Counted from the first letter of the stretch, positions 37,470 to 47,083 are shown. The stretch is 64,000 nt of DNA from an uncultured Gammaproteobacteria bacterium (GCA_964496095.1 CAZBWU010000003.1:65901-129900); one strand, 5' to 3'. The notes: generated by a model not told the origin, from the letters alone. Numbers and translations: made by a program.

Positions 37470-37645
37470 ATATGTATCTGTGGAAATGAGGTTAGATTCC
37501 TCTACTGTGCCGCAACGGTAAACCAAGTTTAACTTAAACTTGGAAGTCCGGTCTTCAGATATACAACTTCACGAGCGAAGTTGCGTCCCGAGCAGGAAAA
37601 TATTCTTATATTTTTTAATCTTTCCTGCCCGGTAAAGATTTTTTT
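37470..37645 (+). promoter_or_regulatory. candidate cobalamin (AdoCbl-type) riboswitch with terminator expression platform
   Basis: GGAAAUGAGGUUAGAUUCCUCUACUGUGCCGCAACGGUAAA resembles the conserved GGGAA...GGUGAAAAUCC...GCUGUCCCGCAACUGUAA core of Rfam RF00174 as recalled. The downstream AGCAGGAAA...UUUCCUGCCCGG stem plus U-run ends 6 nt before the DUF4430 gene. Confidence 0.5.
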
Positions 37646-37650
37646 ATTTT

Positions 37651-38211
37651 ATGACCAAATCACTTCACCGACTACTAATAATACTAATTTTTATTTTTGT
37701 TTCTGCTTCGGCCTATTTATTTTCTACTCAAAATAAACAACCTACCGTTTCTCAAATTTCAAATCCAACTTCTGCACCTAAAATAAATCTGCAAGAAGAA
37801 GATATAAAACCAGCTGTCCTAGAAAACAAAAAAAATAACAAACCCATTGATAAAAAAATAGAGACTCCCCCACCAACCACAACTCCCAACACAAAAACCG
37901 ACGAACAGAAACCAGAAACTACACCGATAATAATCGCAATTGAAGATAAAGAATATAAAATAGAAGTAAAACCAAACTCATCTGCCTACGAAGCCATGAA
38001 TAGCCTAAAAGGCTTAGGACAGATATCATTTTCTAGCAAAAACTTTGCTGGACTGGGATATTTCATAGAAGAAATAAACGGCATAAAAAATAATCCCTCC
38101 ACTGGATTTTATTGGACACTATATATAAATAACGAAGAGGCAAAAATTGGAGTCTCAGGCTATATTCTTAAACCTAACGATTTAATTACTTGGAAATATG
38201 TCCGCAAATAA
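37651..38211 (+). CDS. membrane-anchored DUF4430 domain protein (transcobalamin beta-domain-like)
   Basis: N-terminal TM, Pro/Thr linker, C-terminal ...GFYWTLYINNEEAKIGVSGYILKPNDLITWKY typical of DUF4430. Confidence 0.6.
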   Translation: MTKSLHRLLIILIFIFVSASAYLFSTQNKQPTVSQISNPTSAPKINLQEEDIKPAVLENKKNNKPIDKKIETPPPTTTPNTKTDEQKPETTPIIIAIEDKEYKIEVKPNSSAYEAMNSLKGLGQISFSSKNFAGLGYFIEEINGIKNNPSTGFYWTLYINNEEAKIGVSGYILKPNDLITWKYVRK

Positions 38212-39868
38212 ACAAGCCATCATTAAGACTCTAATTATCCTCAGTTGTTTTGTTTGGCTTTTACCTGCCAAGGCGGACGAGACTACTTCTACAATAGACG
38301 TAGTTAGTTCTACTCCAGAAATTACAACTTCTACAACAGATACTGTTACTACCACACCCCCAACTGATACAAACCTAACCACATCTACATCTGACACAGA
38401 TTTAACACCTACCTCCACAGTAGAAACAAGCACCACAACCACTTCTATAATAGACATCGTCACTACCACAATCTTTAATACATCCACTGAAGCAAATACT
38501 ACCACCGAACAAGTTCAAACTAGTGGTGGGGGCAATGCCCAAACCCAAATATTTATAAATAATAGTGAAATAAATAATGCCGTTCAAAAAATCTTAAACT
38601 TCTTAAAATCAAACCAGCTTGAAAATGGCAGTATTATTGATTTACAAACATCAGACTGGTCGGCCATGTCATTTGGCGCAAACAATACTTACGCTAATGA
38701 AATAAAAAATCCAACGTTATCGCTCTACGATTATTTAACTAACACGTCAATAACTGCCGATACTGGCACGCTAAATAATTGCACAGAATACCCCCGACAT
38801 ATCCTGGGATTACTGGCCAGCGGAACTGCCAAAACCAACGCGCAAATTATTGATTTAAAAAATAAAATTAAAACAGAATGTCTGACCAATAATCAGGTGG
38901 GTCAGGCGGGAATCAACGATGATATTTTTATTTCACTGGCTCTACTTGCAACTGACGAAAACCCAAATTCTGAAATAATCCAAACAGCTATTTCCACCAT
39001 CAAAGCAGATCAACAAACAGACGGATCTTTTACCTGGAACGGTTGGTCTGGGCAAGATGTGACTGGCGCAGCGATAAACGCCTTAAAATACGCTTCCGGT
39101 TTTGGTATAACAATAGACAATTCAATCTTTGATAAAGCCAAAAACTATTTACATACCACCCAGCTTAGCGATGGAGGTTGGGGTTTTGGCGCTTCTGATC
39201 CGCTTACTACCGCTTGGGCAATGTACGGCCTAAATTCTATCGGAGAAGGCCAGGCGCAATGGATGAGCGCGCAAGGCAAAAACCCTTGGACTGTTCTCAC
39301 TAGTCAACTGACAAACAATGGGTACTATCCTAGTCCTTGGAGTGCCGATGGCATAGACTGGTTTGCCACCAAACACGCTGTTCCAGCTATCTTAGGCAGG
39401 TCTTGGCCTATAATCCTCGCTCCGCTTGCTAGCGCTCAAAATACAGCCAATTCTGTGTCTTCTGGAGGCTCAGGCACACCCTCGACTTCCACCCAAACTA
39501 CCAGTATAATAATCACTACCAGTACACCGACAACTACACCAATTATCATTACTCTAGAAACTTCTACCCTAGACCAAACTACCACAACCGGTGAGGTTCT
39601 AGGAGAAAAAATTATTAGAGAAGAAATTATACAAACAATAATTAGCAAACCAAAAAAATTAATTTCCAGAAATACTTTGCCGACTAATAAAACCGAACTT
39701 GCTCAAACAACTCAAACTGAACTTGAAACAATCAAACCTACAGTTTTACCAGAAATCAAACAGCCAACCGATTCGTCTCGAAATACAATAAAAATAATTT
39801 TGGCAGTTTCCGGTGGTGGCGCTTTATTAATTGGAATTTACTTAGGCTTAAAATCTTTAAAGAAATAA
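38198..39868 (+). CDS. cell-surface alpha/alpha-toroid (prenyltransferase/squalene-oxidase-repeat-like) protein with Thr-rich linkers and C-terminal TM anchor
   Basis: Signal peptide, T/S-rich low-complexity stretches, repeats ...QQTDGSFTWNGWSG... and ...QLSDGGWGFGASDP..., C-terminal TM (ILAVSGGGALLIGIYLGL). Overlaps the upstream gene by 14 nt. Confidence 0.55.
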   Translation: MSANKQAIIKTLIILSCFVWLLPAKADETTSTIDVVSSTPEITTSTTDTVTTTPPTDTNLTTSTSDTDLTPTSTVETSTTTTSIIDIVTTTIFNTSTEANTTTEQVQTSGGGNAQTQIFINNSEINNAVQKILNFLKSNQLENGSIIDLQTSDWSAMSFGANNTYANEIKNPTLSLYDYLTNTSITADTGTLNNCTEYPRHILGLLASGTAKTNAQIIDLKNKIKTECLTNNQVGQAGINDDIFISLALLATDENPNSEIIQTAISTIKADQQTDGSFTWNGWSGQDVTGAAINALKYASGFGITIDNSIFDKAKNYLHTTQLSDGGWGFGASDPLTTAWAMYGLNSIGEGQAQWMSAQGKNPWTVLTSQLTNNGYYPSPWSADGIDWFATKHAVPAILGRSWPIILAPLASAQNTANSVSSGGSGTPSTSTQTTSIIITTSTPTTTPIIITLETSTLDQTTTTGEVLGEKIIREEIIQTIISKPKKLISRNTLPTNKTELAQTTQTELETIKPTVLPEIKQPTDSSRNTIKIILAVSGGGALLIGIYLGLKSLKK

Positions 39869-39950
39869 GTATAGGGGCTAAAGCCACATATATTCTCACT
39901 CACTCGGAAAAGATAAAAAGCATTTTACCTTTTCCTCATTCATTTCAAAT

Positions 39951-40478
39951 ATGCAAAAATATATCCCCGCTTTTTTTCTTATAGCTCTTGGCCTGTTTTC
40001 CAGAGTTCTCCCCCACCCTGCCAACTTTGCGCCGATTGCTGGCATTGCTTTGTTCGCCGGAATATACTTACCAAAGAAACTTGCCGTCATTGTTCCGTTA
40101 GTAGTAATGGCTTTAAGTGATTTTATTATTGGAATTTACCAATGGCAAATCATGCTAACTGTTTATCTCGCTTTTATTATAACTGGTTTGATTGGTTTGG
40201 CAGTCAAAAATAAAAAAAACTTTGGTTCTATTGTGGGTGGAACTCTGCTAGCGAGTATTATCTTCTTTATTACTACCAACTGGTCAGTCTGGGCTTTTGG
40301 CACCATGTACCCGCACTCATTAAACGGCCTCTTACAAAGCTATGCTATGGCTTTGCCATTCTTTAGAAACAGTCTGCTTGGAGATTTATTCTATGTTGGG
40401 GTTTTAGTTGGTGGAATGGAAATATCTTTAAACTTCAACAAACAAAACATCCTGGAAACAAAAAAGATTGGAGTATAA
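39951..40478 (+). CDS. ECF-transporter S-component-like small membrane protein
   Basis: 175 aa and about 6 TM. N-terminal ...RVLPHPANFAPIAGIALFAGIY... resembles solitary S-component families. Substrate unproven. Confidence 0.45.
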   Translation: MQKYIPAFFLIALGLFSRVLPHPANFAPIAGIALFAGIYLPKKLAVIVPLVVMALSDFIIGIYQWQIMLTVYLAFIITGLIGLAVKNKKNFGSIVGGTLLASIIFFITTNWSVWAFGTMYPHSLNGLLQSYAMALPFFRNSLLGDLFYVGVLVGGMEISLNFNKQNILETKKIGV

Positions 40479-40523
40479 TCCAATCTTTTTTAGTTTATTT
40501 TTTATAATTTAAGGCTTCCAAAA

Positions 40524-41978
40524 TTATCCCCACATTAATTCTGGCGGTTCATCTTTCTTTTCTTCTACCGGCTCAGGGGCTGGCGCTACTTTCTTTTTTA
40601 GAGGACTCTCTGCAAATACTTCCACAGGAAGATTAATTGGAGGTTCGGCGCGTTTACTGCCTGTCTTTTGTACAAGAGGAGCTTTAACAAGCGGTAATGG
40701 AAAGTGCCAAATTGTAGCCAACTCTTCTACATTAAGAACATAAGGATTTTTTCCCATTTTAAGTTTTCTTTTTTTATAAGCCTTTACAAAATCTATTTTA
40801 AGATGAGCGGTCTTGCTTTTTTTAAAAGCATAATGAGCGGAGGTTGTCGCTTTTGGTACAATCCCATTGCGTTGTGGATAACTAAACTGGCTAAATGCAC
40901 CTACCAAACCATCCAAACAACGGCTAGGATTAAAAACTTCTTTGTTAGCTGCATACATAGCTCTAATTTTAGTCTTAAATCCAACTTTACTTATTTTTTC
41001 TTCTATAGCCTTCACAGTATCCTTAAGGCCGGGAGTTAAATCAGAAACTTTACCAGGTTTCTCTTCAGTAGCTGCTGCCCCGTGTTCTGCTTCATGAGGA
41101 GGAATTATTTGATGAATTATTGCATCCAAACCAACATTAATCCATTTAAGTAAAAAGTGCTGTTCGTGATGACCGTGGCTAGCCTTACCTTCAACTATAC
41201 CTTTTACTAACTTTTGACCCTTCTCTTGCAAACTACCCTTAACAATATCTATACCTTTTTTCTTCCACTCTCCGGAAACTGGCTCAATTATAATTTGTAA
41301 CCATAAGTTTTCTCCGGCACTAATACGAGTAAAATTTTCTAAAACCGCTGCCATCGGATCGGCAAAGGTTATATCCTTAGAAATATTATGCTCAAATTCA
41401 TCATAATTTCTGATTGGATAAGGATCCTCAGCGACCAATCCAAATTCAACACCAAACATATCATGAGTTTCGTTTGGATATTTGTCAGGAATCATACTCA
41501 CATAATCTTCAACTTCAGTTATCTCTGCCATTGGATACTGCGCATAAACTGCCGCCTCTACCAAATCTCGGAACTTAACTTCTGTGTAAACCAAAAATTG
41601 AATATACCCTTCCAAACTAATAATCTCAAAACTAAACCATCTTTCCTTAACTCCACCCCAATATTTTTCACCAAAATTCGGATCGGCAAAGGCGCCACTA
41701 AGTTGGGAAAATATCTGCTCAACCGCCTTCGGGCTTTGCACCGTATCAACAGGAACATCTATTGCCAAAACTACCCATTGCCAATGATGTTTATAAAGAT
41801 CTTCTTTTAATTCAAGCCATAGATGAGCTCCGACCCAAAAGATAACAAGCGCTAAAACTGTCCAACCGCCAATCGCAAAAATCACCCTTATTAGTTGAGG
41901 TGTTGGTAAATTCAAAATCGTTTCCCAAACAGAAAAATCTATAGAGACACTAAATGGTAAATCAGCTAAAGGTGGCAT
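40524..41978 (-). CDS. membrane-anchored paralog of the N-terminal domain of the 29050..31593 ATPase (no ATPase domain)
   Basis: ...AVYAQYPMAEITEVEDY... vs ...QIHAQYPHAEITEEPDY.... ...VLNVEELATIWHFPLP...EPPINLP vs ...MVFNTEEMASFWHMPIP...SPPPTNV. Lacks Walker motifs. Confidence 0.45.
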   Translation of the reverse strand: MPPLADLPFSVSIDFSVWETILNLPTPQLIRVIFAIGGWTVLALVIFWVGAHLWLELKEDLYKHHWQWVVLAIDVPVDTVQSPKAVEQIFSQLSGAFADPNFGEKYWGGVKERWFSFEIISLEGYIQFLVYTEVKFRDLVEAAVYAQYPMAEITEVEDYVSMIPDKYPNETHDMFGVEFGLVAEDPYPIRNYDEFEHNISKDITFADPMAAVLENFTRISAGENLWLQIIIEPVSGEWKKKGIDIVKGSLQEKGQKLVKGIVEGKASHGHHEQHFLLKWINVGLDAIIHQIIPPHEAEHGAAATEEKPGKVSDLTPGLKDTVKAIEEKISKVGFKTKIRAMYAANKEVFNPSRCLDGLVGAFSQFSYPQRNGIVPKATTSAHYAFKKSKTAHLKIDFVKAYKKRKLKMGKNPYVLNVEELATIWHFPLPLVKAPLVQKTGSKRAEPPINLPVEVFAESPLKKKVAPAPEPVEEKKDEPPELMWG

Positions 41979-41991
41979 ACAAAAATTAAGC

Positions 41992-42154
41992 GCTAGTGTT
42001 TAAGAATCTTGAAAATTCCACCATAAACAATAAATACGGCAAAGACTGTCCACCACCAGCCAAACTGACTAGAGATCCAACCACTGTAATAGGCTAAAGC
42101 ACAAATAAGAGTGGCGCAAATCGCTACCAGATGTCGAATAGTATCATCAGACAT
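41992..42154 (-). CDS. candidate small 2-TM membrane peptide (53 aa)
   Basis: MSDDTIRHLVAICATLICALAYYSGWISSQFGWWWTVFAVFIVYGGIFKILKH. Stop lies 13 nt before the start of the 40524..41978 gene. Not in the ORF track because it is under 60 aa. Confidence 0.25.
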
Positions 42155-42212
42155 AATAATAAATATCAAATTTAAATTTGGATTTATTATACCATATCCC
42201 CTAGCCTAAAAC

Positions 42213-42250
42213 AAAAACCCAGCCTTCACGAAGGGCTGGGTTTTTTATTT
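42213..42250 (-). terminator. rho-independent terminator downstream of secF
   Basis: aaaaacccagccttcacgaagggctgggttttttattt. Confidence 0.65.
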
Positions 42251-42259
42251 ATTTTATTA

Positions 42260-43171
42260 TTATGCTCTACGTTTCTCTTGCCAATTATAAACTACTACCA
42301 AAAGCGGACTAGCGATAAAGATTGAAGAATAGGCACCACTAGCAATACCGATAAGCAAAGCTAATGCAAAATAATGAATACTGAAACCACCGATAAAGAA
42401 TAAGGCAAAAAGAGGTAACATGGTTTTGAAAGTGGTGTTGATTGAACGCATTAAAGTTTCGTTCAAGCCATTGTTAACAACTTCAGCAAAGTTATCGGCA
42501 CTATGGCGAAGCAAGTTCTCACGAATACGATCATAAACAACGATAGTGTCGTTTACCGAATAACCAAGGACAGTCATAATCGCCACCACAAAAGCAATAT
42601 CCACTTCTACGCCATGGAAATGCCCCAAGAAAGAAAAGACACCCATTACCAGTAATACATCATGAAACAAAGCCACGATAGCTAAAGTTCCATATTTCCA
42701 ACTTGCCACCGGACGAGAAACTTTTCTAAAGGCATAGGCCACATAGCCAATGATACCAAGATTTACAAGAATTATAGCTAACAAAGATCTGGACCTTAAT
42801 TGTTTGCTTACAGAAGCCCCGATTGTCTCAAAGCGCTCTTCGTGAAAACCATTATTTGTAATTTGTGCGTTTGCATTCAAAGCAGAAACTAAAGCCTGAT
42901 GTTCTTGCTCACTCAAAAAATCATTTCTAACTATCAAACCCTTATCACCGGTTTTTTGGAAAATAGCATTATTCAAGTTTAAGCCGTTAAACACTTTTTG
43001 TATTTCCGCAGTTTCGGGTCGAGTGGTAAAAGACATTTCCATGAGCGAACCGCTGGTAAAATCTATACCAGGCTTCAATCCCCACATTACCAAAAAAGCA
43101 ATGGCTACAGCTGTCACTAAACTACTAAAGACAAGTAAAATTTTTGAATATCTAATGAATGGAATAGTCAT
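42260..43171 (-). CDS. secF: protein translocase subunit SecF
   Basis: Six-TM SecF topology and characteristic ...DFTSGS...GHFHGVEVD... segments. Immediately downstream of secD. Confidence 0.85.
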   Translation of the reverse strand: MTIPFIRYSKILLVFSSLVTAVAIAFLVMWGLKPGIDFTSGSLMEMSFTTRPETAEIQKVFNGLNLNNAIFQKTGDKGLIVRNDFLSEQEHQALVSALNANAQITNNGFHEERFETIGASVSKQLRSRSLLAIILVNLGIIGYVAYAFRKVSRPVASWKYGTLAIVALFHDVLLVMGVFSFLGHFHGVEVDIAFVVAIMTVLGYSVNDTIVVYDRIRENLLRHSADNFAEVVNNGLNETLMRSINTTFKTMLPLFALFFIGGFSIHYFALALLIGIASGAYSSIFIASPLLVVVYNWQEKRRA

Positions 43172-43174
43172 AAA

Positions 43175-44929
43175 TTATTGAATATTATTTACTTCTTTTT
43201 TAGAATAACCCAAAAATAAAACATTGCCTTCTTCTTTTTTTACTAACAATAGAACGGCGCGTAAGATCGTACGAGTTAAAACAATAGCCGAGAACATACT
43301 GACCAAGACACCAATAGCTAAAACAACCGCAAAACCTTTCACAAATCCGCCCATCCAAACCATAAAGATACAACTAATTAAAGTAGTTATATTACTATCA
43401 CGAATAGAAGGCCAGGCTCTAACAAAAGCTTCTTCCATAGCAGACTTTAGACTTCTTCCTAATCTCAACTCTTCTTTAAGACGCTCAAATATCAAAACAT
43501 TAGCATCAACCGCCATACCGATAGAGAGGATAAAACCGGCAATACCAGACAATGTCAAAGTTACGCCCAAAGTCTTGAATAAGACCAGGTTGATAAGGGC
43601 ATAAATACTTAAAGAAATAGCGGCGATAAAACCAGGCAATCTATAATAAATAATCATGTAAATTAGCACAGCAATCAAACCATAAATACCAGCTTTAAAA
43701 CTTTTTTGCAGTGAGTCAGCGCCCAAAGTCGCATCAACCTTCTGTTGACTGATAAGTTCTACTGGCACTGGTAAAGCTCCAGAATTGAGGCGTTGTGCCA
43801 AAAGTCTAGCTTCTTGCATAGAGAAACTACCGCTAATAACGGCACTACCGGTAAGAATCGCTTCATTTACTCTCGGAATACTAAGTGCTGAGCCATCCAA
43901 AAATATCGCAACAGGCTTGCCTACATTTCTTTTTGTTAATTCAGCAAAAAGCTGTGTGCCCTCTTCGTCAAATTGCAAAGCAACTTGTACTTGACCAGTT
44001 TGACTATCCTGACTAACCTCGGCTCTCTTTAGTTGTTTTCCAGACAAACCAGTGTTTTTCCATTGATCCGCTGGAGGCACGATATCGATTGGTTGTTTTG
44101 TTTTTATAAAAATTCTGGCAACATTATAGGTTTTGACAGTCGAAGAATTTTCATCTTTCTTTTCTTGAACAGACAATCTCTTGATAACATTTATACCGTC
44201 AAAACTCTTGATTAAATCTTTACTGACGTCTCCGTCTTTATGAGTACTAGCCCATTTATAAAATTCTGGAAAAACAGAATCGTCAATAAAACCAAGATCA
44301 CCCCCGGTAGATTTGGTTTTTTCATCTTCTGAATATTTCGTCACTGCGTCTTCAAAAGTCATTCCGCCTTTAATATCTTTTTGCGCGTCTTTGGCTTTGG
44401 TTTGCGCAGCAGTATTAAAAGTATCCATTTCTTTTTGCTCAGCAGGAGTGAGCGCTCGAAGTGGCTCGTCACTTTCTTCTTTAAATTCTAAAATTGGAGT
44501 TTCGCCGATCATTTTGATAGCTTGACTGACATCAGTCACACCAGGTAATTCTACAATTACTCTATAATCATTGTTTACTCTGGTAGTCTGGACGAGTGGC
44601 TCGGAAACTCCCAAACCTCCACGCACACGACGTTCTATTACGTCACGCACACCTTCCACAGCACTAGCCTTGTCGCTTCCAGGAATTACGTCTGTATTTG
44701 CTTGATAGACCAAATGAGCTCCGCCTTGCAAATCAAGACCGAGATTAAAGCCACTAGATGGCAAGTTTGGAATACCAACGTTTGCCTTTTTATTTGCCCA
44801 ATTTATACCACGGTTGGCATAGGTTGGAAAAACAACTAACAAACAAAAAACTGTCAAAGCGACAATGGAGAAAATACGCCATTTTAGAGAATCTTTGGAT
44901 ACGCCTCTGGATTTGGTTTTCACGGCCAT
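43175..44929 (-). CDS. secD: protein translocase subunit SecD
   Basis: N-terminal TM, large periplasmic domain (...LGLDLQGGAHLVYQA...), C-terminal 5-TM bundle. Confidence 0.85.
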   Translation of the reverse strand: MAVKTKSRGVSKDSLKWRIFSIVALTVFCLLVVFPTYANRGINWANKKANVGIPNLPSSGFNLGLDLQGGAHLVYQANTDVIPGSDKASAVEGVRDVIERRVRGGLGVSEPLVQTTRVNNDYRVIVELPGVTDVSQAIKMIGETPILEFKEESDEPLRALTPAEQKEMDTFNTAAQTKAKDAQKDIKGGMTFEDAVTKYSEDEKTKSTGGDLGFIDDSVFPEFYKWASTHKDGDVSKDLIKSFDGINVIKRLSVQEKKDENSSTVKTYNVARIFIKTKQPIDIVPPADQWKNTGLSGKQLKRAEVSQDSQTGQVQVALQFDEEGTQLFAELTKRNVGKPVAIFLDGSALSIPRVNEAILTGSAVISGSFSMQEARLLAQRLNSGALPVPVELISQQKVDATLGADSLQKSFKAGIYGLIAVLIYMIIYYRLPGFIAAISLSIYALINLVLFKTLGVTLTLSGIAGFILSIGMAVDANVLIFERLKEELRLGRSLKSAMEEAFVRAWPSIRDSNITTLISCIFMVWMGGFVKGFAVVLAIGVLVSMFSAIVLTRTILRAVLLLVKKEEGNVLFLGYSKKEVNNIQ

Positions 44930-45008
44930 AATATACGAGTTAGAATTTATCCCGCCGCAGCGGGACCCCGCCTAACGGCGGTGGGAATATAGAATTAAAC
45001 ACCTTAAC

Positions 45009-45096
45009 TGTCATCCCGAGCGAAGCCGCTCCTGCGGCTGACGAGGGATCTTTCCGTGTACGGACAGAGATTCCTTCTTCGTCGTCGGAATGACAA
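45009..45096. repeat. MITE-like palindromic element, family A
   Basis: tgtcatcccgagcgaagccgctcctgcggctgacgagggatc...cggacagagattccttcttcgtcgtcggaatgacaa. Preceded by a GC-rich palindrome (44951..44987). Confidence 0.7.
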
Positions 45097-45192
45097 GTGA
45101 CAACTGTATTGCAATATAGCAATTTGCTACAATTTTAATGTATTTAAACCTTTTTGGCAAGGGCTAAATATCAGTTTACAGGGGATAAAATT

Positions 45193-45414
45193 TTATGGCT
45201 CAACCTCGCCAATATACTGGAATCTTGGGACAATTTTGCCATCAATTTCTATGTTTTCTGTAAATACCCCCAAAGGCCGCACCCATAACTTATCTTCGGT
45301 TTCGTAAAGTGGTTTATAGACTACCATATCCTCTAAAGTCGATTCTAATTTGGCAACACCTAACACTTCGTAATCTTTACCTTTGTAGTGTCTGTATTTT
45401 CCAAGTTTGAGCAT
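45193..45414 (-). CDS. DUF1653 family protein
   Basis: ...KYRHYKGKDYEVLGVAKLESTLEDMVVYKPLYE...LWVRPLGVF... matches the DUF1653 signature. Confidence 0.6.
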   Translation of the reverse strand: MLKLGKYRHYKGKDYEVLGVAKLESTLEDMVVYKPLYETEDKLWVRPLGVFTENIEIDGKIVPRFQYIGEVEP

Positions 45415-45470
45415 AAAATTAATTTGACTTAATTATTATATATTGTAGTACCTAGGTAAGGAGAACCAAC

Positions 45471-45797
45471 ATGCTTACCGATGAGAGTCTAGAACCACAA
45501 GGAGAGAAAGAGCCGCTAAGGCTCGTTGAGTTTCACACTCCGTGTGAACGAAGTCGTACGCTGTCAGGACCGATAGTCCTGACTGCACAAGGTCTGAACG
45601 GCAGGCGTAAAGCTGTTCAGGATGCAATGTCGAACATCCAAGACGCTGCACGAACTTCTGTGGCCTACGCTCACTGGCAAGTGGTCGCCTACAAGCTCAC
45701 AGAGGAAGAGGGCGCCATCTTCATCGTTCCCCAAAATGGGGCCATCCATGACGGTCAAAGCACCACGAGAATTCGGGTGATCAAGTACCAACGGTGA
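45471..45797 (+). CDS. hypothetical protein (108 aa) in a GC-rich cassette
   Basis: SD taaggagaaccaacATG, G/C-rich codons, followed by a GC-rich terminator. Antisense ORF 45564..45791 regarded as a GC artefact. Confidence 0.4.
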   Translation: MLTDESLEPQGEKEPLRLVEFHTPCERSRTLSGPIVLTAQGLNGRRKAVQDAMSNIQDAARTSVAYAHWQVVAYKLTEEEGAIFIVPQNGAIHDGQSTTRIRVIKYQR

Positions 45798-45830
45798 ACC
45801 ACAACATCCACAAGTTCGGAGGCATGCAAC

Positions 45831-45866
45831 CCCGCCCGGCTCAACGAGCCGGGCGTTTGATTTTAT
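45831..45866. terminator. rho-independent terminator (GC-rich stem)
   Basis: cccgcccggctcaacgagccgggcgtttgatttta. It overlaps the last 4 codons of the minus-strand gene 45841..46236. Confidence 0.6.
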
Positions 45867-46236
45867 TTAATTTTTTACCTTTTGTCTCATTAGATATATA
45901 CCCATCTTCCTCAGACCAGACAAGCCAAAATCGATTCTTAAATCGGCCTTTAAGTTTTATATTTTCTTTCCAGACTTTTCGCAGTTCTTTAAAAAAGTCT
46001 ATTCTCTTATGCTTTAAAATAGCCTCAATAACAGCGAGCACATCACAGATTTCATTCATTAATTCTTTGCGGGTCTTAGCATTTTGTATACCCCCAGCTT
46101 CTTCTACAACTTTTGCCAACAGTGCTTTTTCAAATTCATTTTTATTCAGCCGCTGGGTTTCAAAGGCTATGCCTTTTTTCTTCATTTTTTCAGCAACTCT
46201 ATCACGAATTAGTTTATTGTAATATATTTTTTTCAT
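45841..46236 (-). CDS. MazG-like (all-alpha) nucleoside triphosphate pyrophosphohydrolase
   Basis: MKKIYYNKLIRDRVAEKMKKKGIA...EEAGG...ELMNEICDVLAVIEAIL resembles the YpjD/MazG-like KLVRDRIPEI family. Confidence 0.5.
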   Translation of the reverse strand: MKKIYYNKLIRDRVAEKMKKKGIAFETQRLNKNEFEKALLAKVVEEAGGIQNAKTRKELMNEICDVLAVIEAILKHKRIDFFKELRKVWKENIKLKGRFKNRFWLVWSEEDGYISNETKGKKLNKIKRPAR

Positions 46237-46239
46237 ATT

Positions 46240-46641
46240 CTACCCTATTTCCAGTTCCTTAAATCCAGTTTCAGAATCATAAACTCTATCAAAAGACACG
46301 TCCTCAAAAATTCCTATAACCACTTCTACAGTGTACATAATTTTACAACCATCTTTTAAATGTCCGCCCACCACATTCCCCTCGCTATCAGATAGCGAAA
46401 TATGAATATGAGAGCCTTTATTTGAAACAGTGCCAGTTCCAGACACAATTTCAAATTTTTTATTCCATTCTTTTACAATTTGATTGTCTGGTGTAGAGCC
46501 AGCCATTCTCAGTACGGCATTTTCAAGACCACCAACAATAGATAATATAACTCCCGCAGCGATATTATTTTCTTCAACAACTTTTTTAATCTCTTCTTTT
46601 AAAAATTGTCCTGGCTTTAATCTAAAGGTGATTTGTTTCAT
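46240..46641 (-). CDS. PPC (DUF296) domain DNA-binding protein
   Basis: ...AGVILSIVGGLENAVLRMAG...HIHISLSDSEGNVVGGHL... is the PPC/DUF296 signature. Start taken at MKQITFRL. Confidence 0.6.
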   Translation of the reverse strand: MKQITFRLKPGQFLKEEIKKVVEENNIAAGVILSIVGGLENAVLRMAGSTPDNQIVKEWNKKFEIVSGTGTVSNKGSHIHISLSDSEGNVVGGHLKDGCKIMYTVEVVIGIFEDVSFDRVYDSETGFKELEIG

Positions 46642-47071
46642 ATTTCTGTTTCTCAAAACCAAAAAGTCTTTCACAAATTAATTCAATCTTCTTTGGTTTT
46701 AGTACATACCAAGAATCACCCTGTAAAATATCTTCGGTTTCTGCTGGTTGAGGCTTTTTTCTTTTGGCAAAATGTTTTATAGCCAAATCATAGCGCGCGC
46801 CTTCTATCTTTTCGGCAATACCTTCAAATTGAATCCCTAAATTATCTTCGCCTTGAGCGCTTACCGTAATAGTTCCAGCCATTTGAGGATTTTTTATGAC
46901 TGCTTGTGAGTGCCTTGCGCTTGGATCAGACATCCAATAAATATTTAAGTTTTCATCGAAAATATAAATAACATCCGACACCCAAACTCCCCCACTATCT
47001 ACAGTAGCTAAACTCATGAGATAGCCTTTTTCTAGTACTTCTAAAATTAAAGCCCTAATGCCAGATGACAT
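46622..47071 (-). CDS. pyridoxamine 5'-phosphate oxidase-like FMN-binding split-barrel protein
   Basis: ...ILEVLEKGYLMSLATVDSGG.W.S.V.Y.FDENLNIYWMS...S.HSQAV..NPQMAGTI resembles general-stress-protein-26/PNPOx-like proteins. Confidence 0.5.
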   Translation of the reverse strand: MSSGIRALILEVLEKGYLMSLATVDSGGVWVSDVIYIFDENLNIYWMSDPSARHSQAVIKNPQMAGTITVSAQGEDNLGIQFEGIAEKIEGARYDLAIKHFAKRKKPQPAETEDILQGDSWYVLKPKKIELICERLFGFEKQKYETNHL

Positions 47072-47083
47072 AAAAAACAATCC

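Noticed and set aside
38182-39648. Minus-strand ORFs 38182..38505, 38402..38587 and 39436..39648 (Val/Gly-rich)
   Set aside because: They are antisense to the Thr-rich low-complexity linkers (acn-repeat DNA) of the 38198..39868 gene. These are repeat-induced artefacts.
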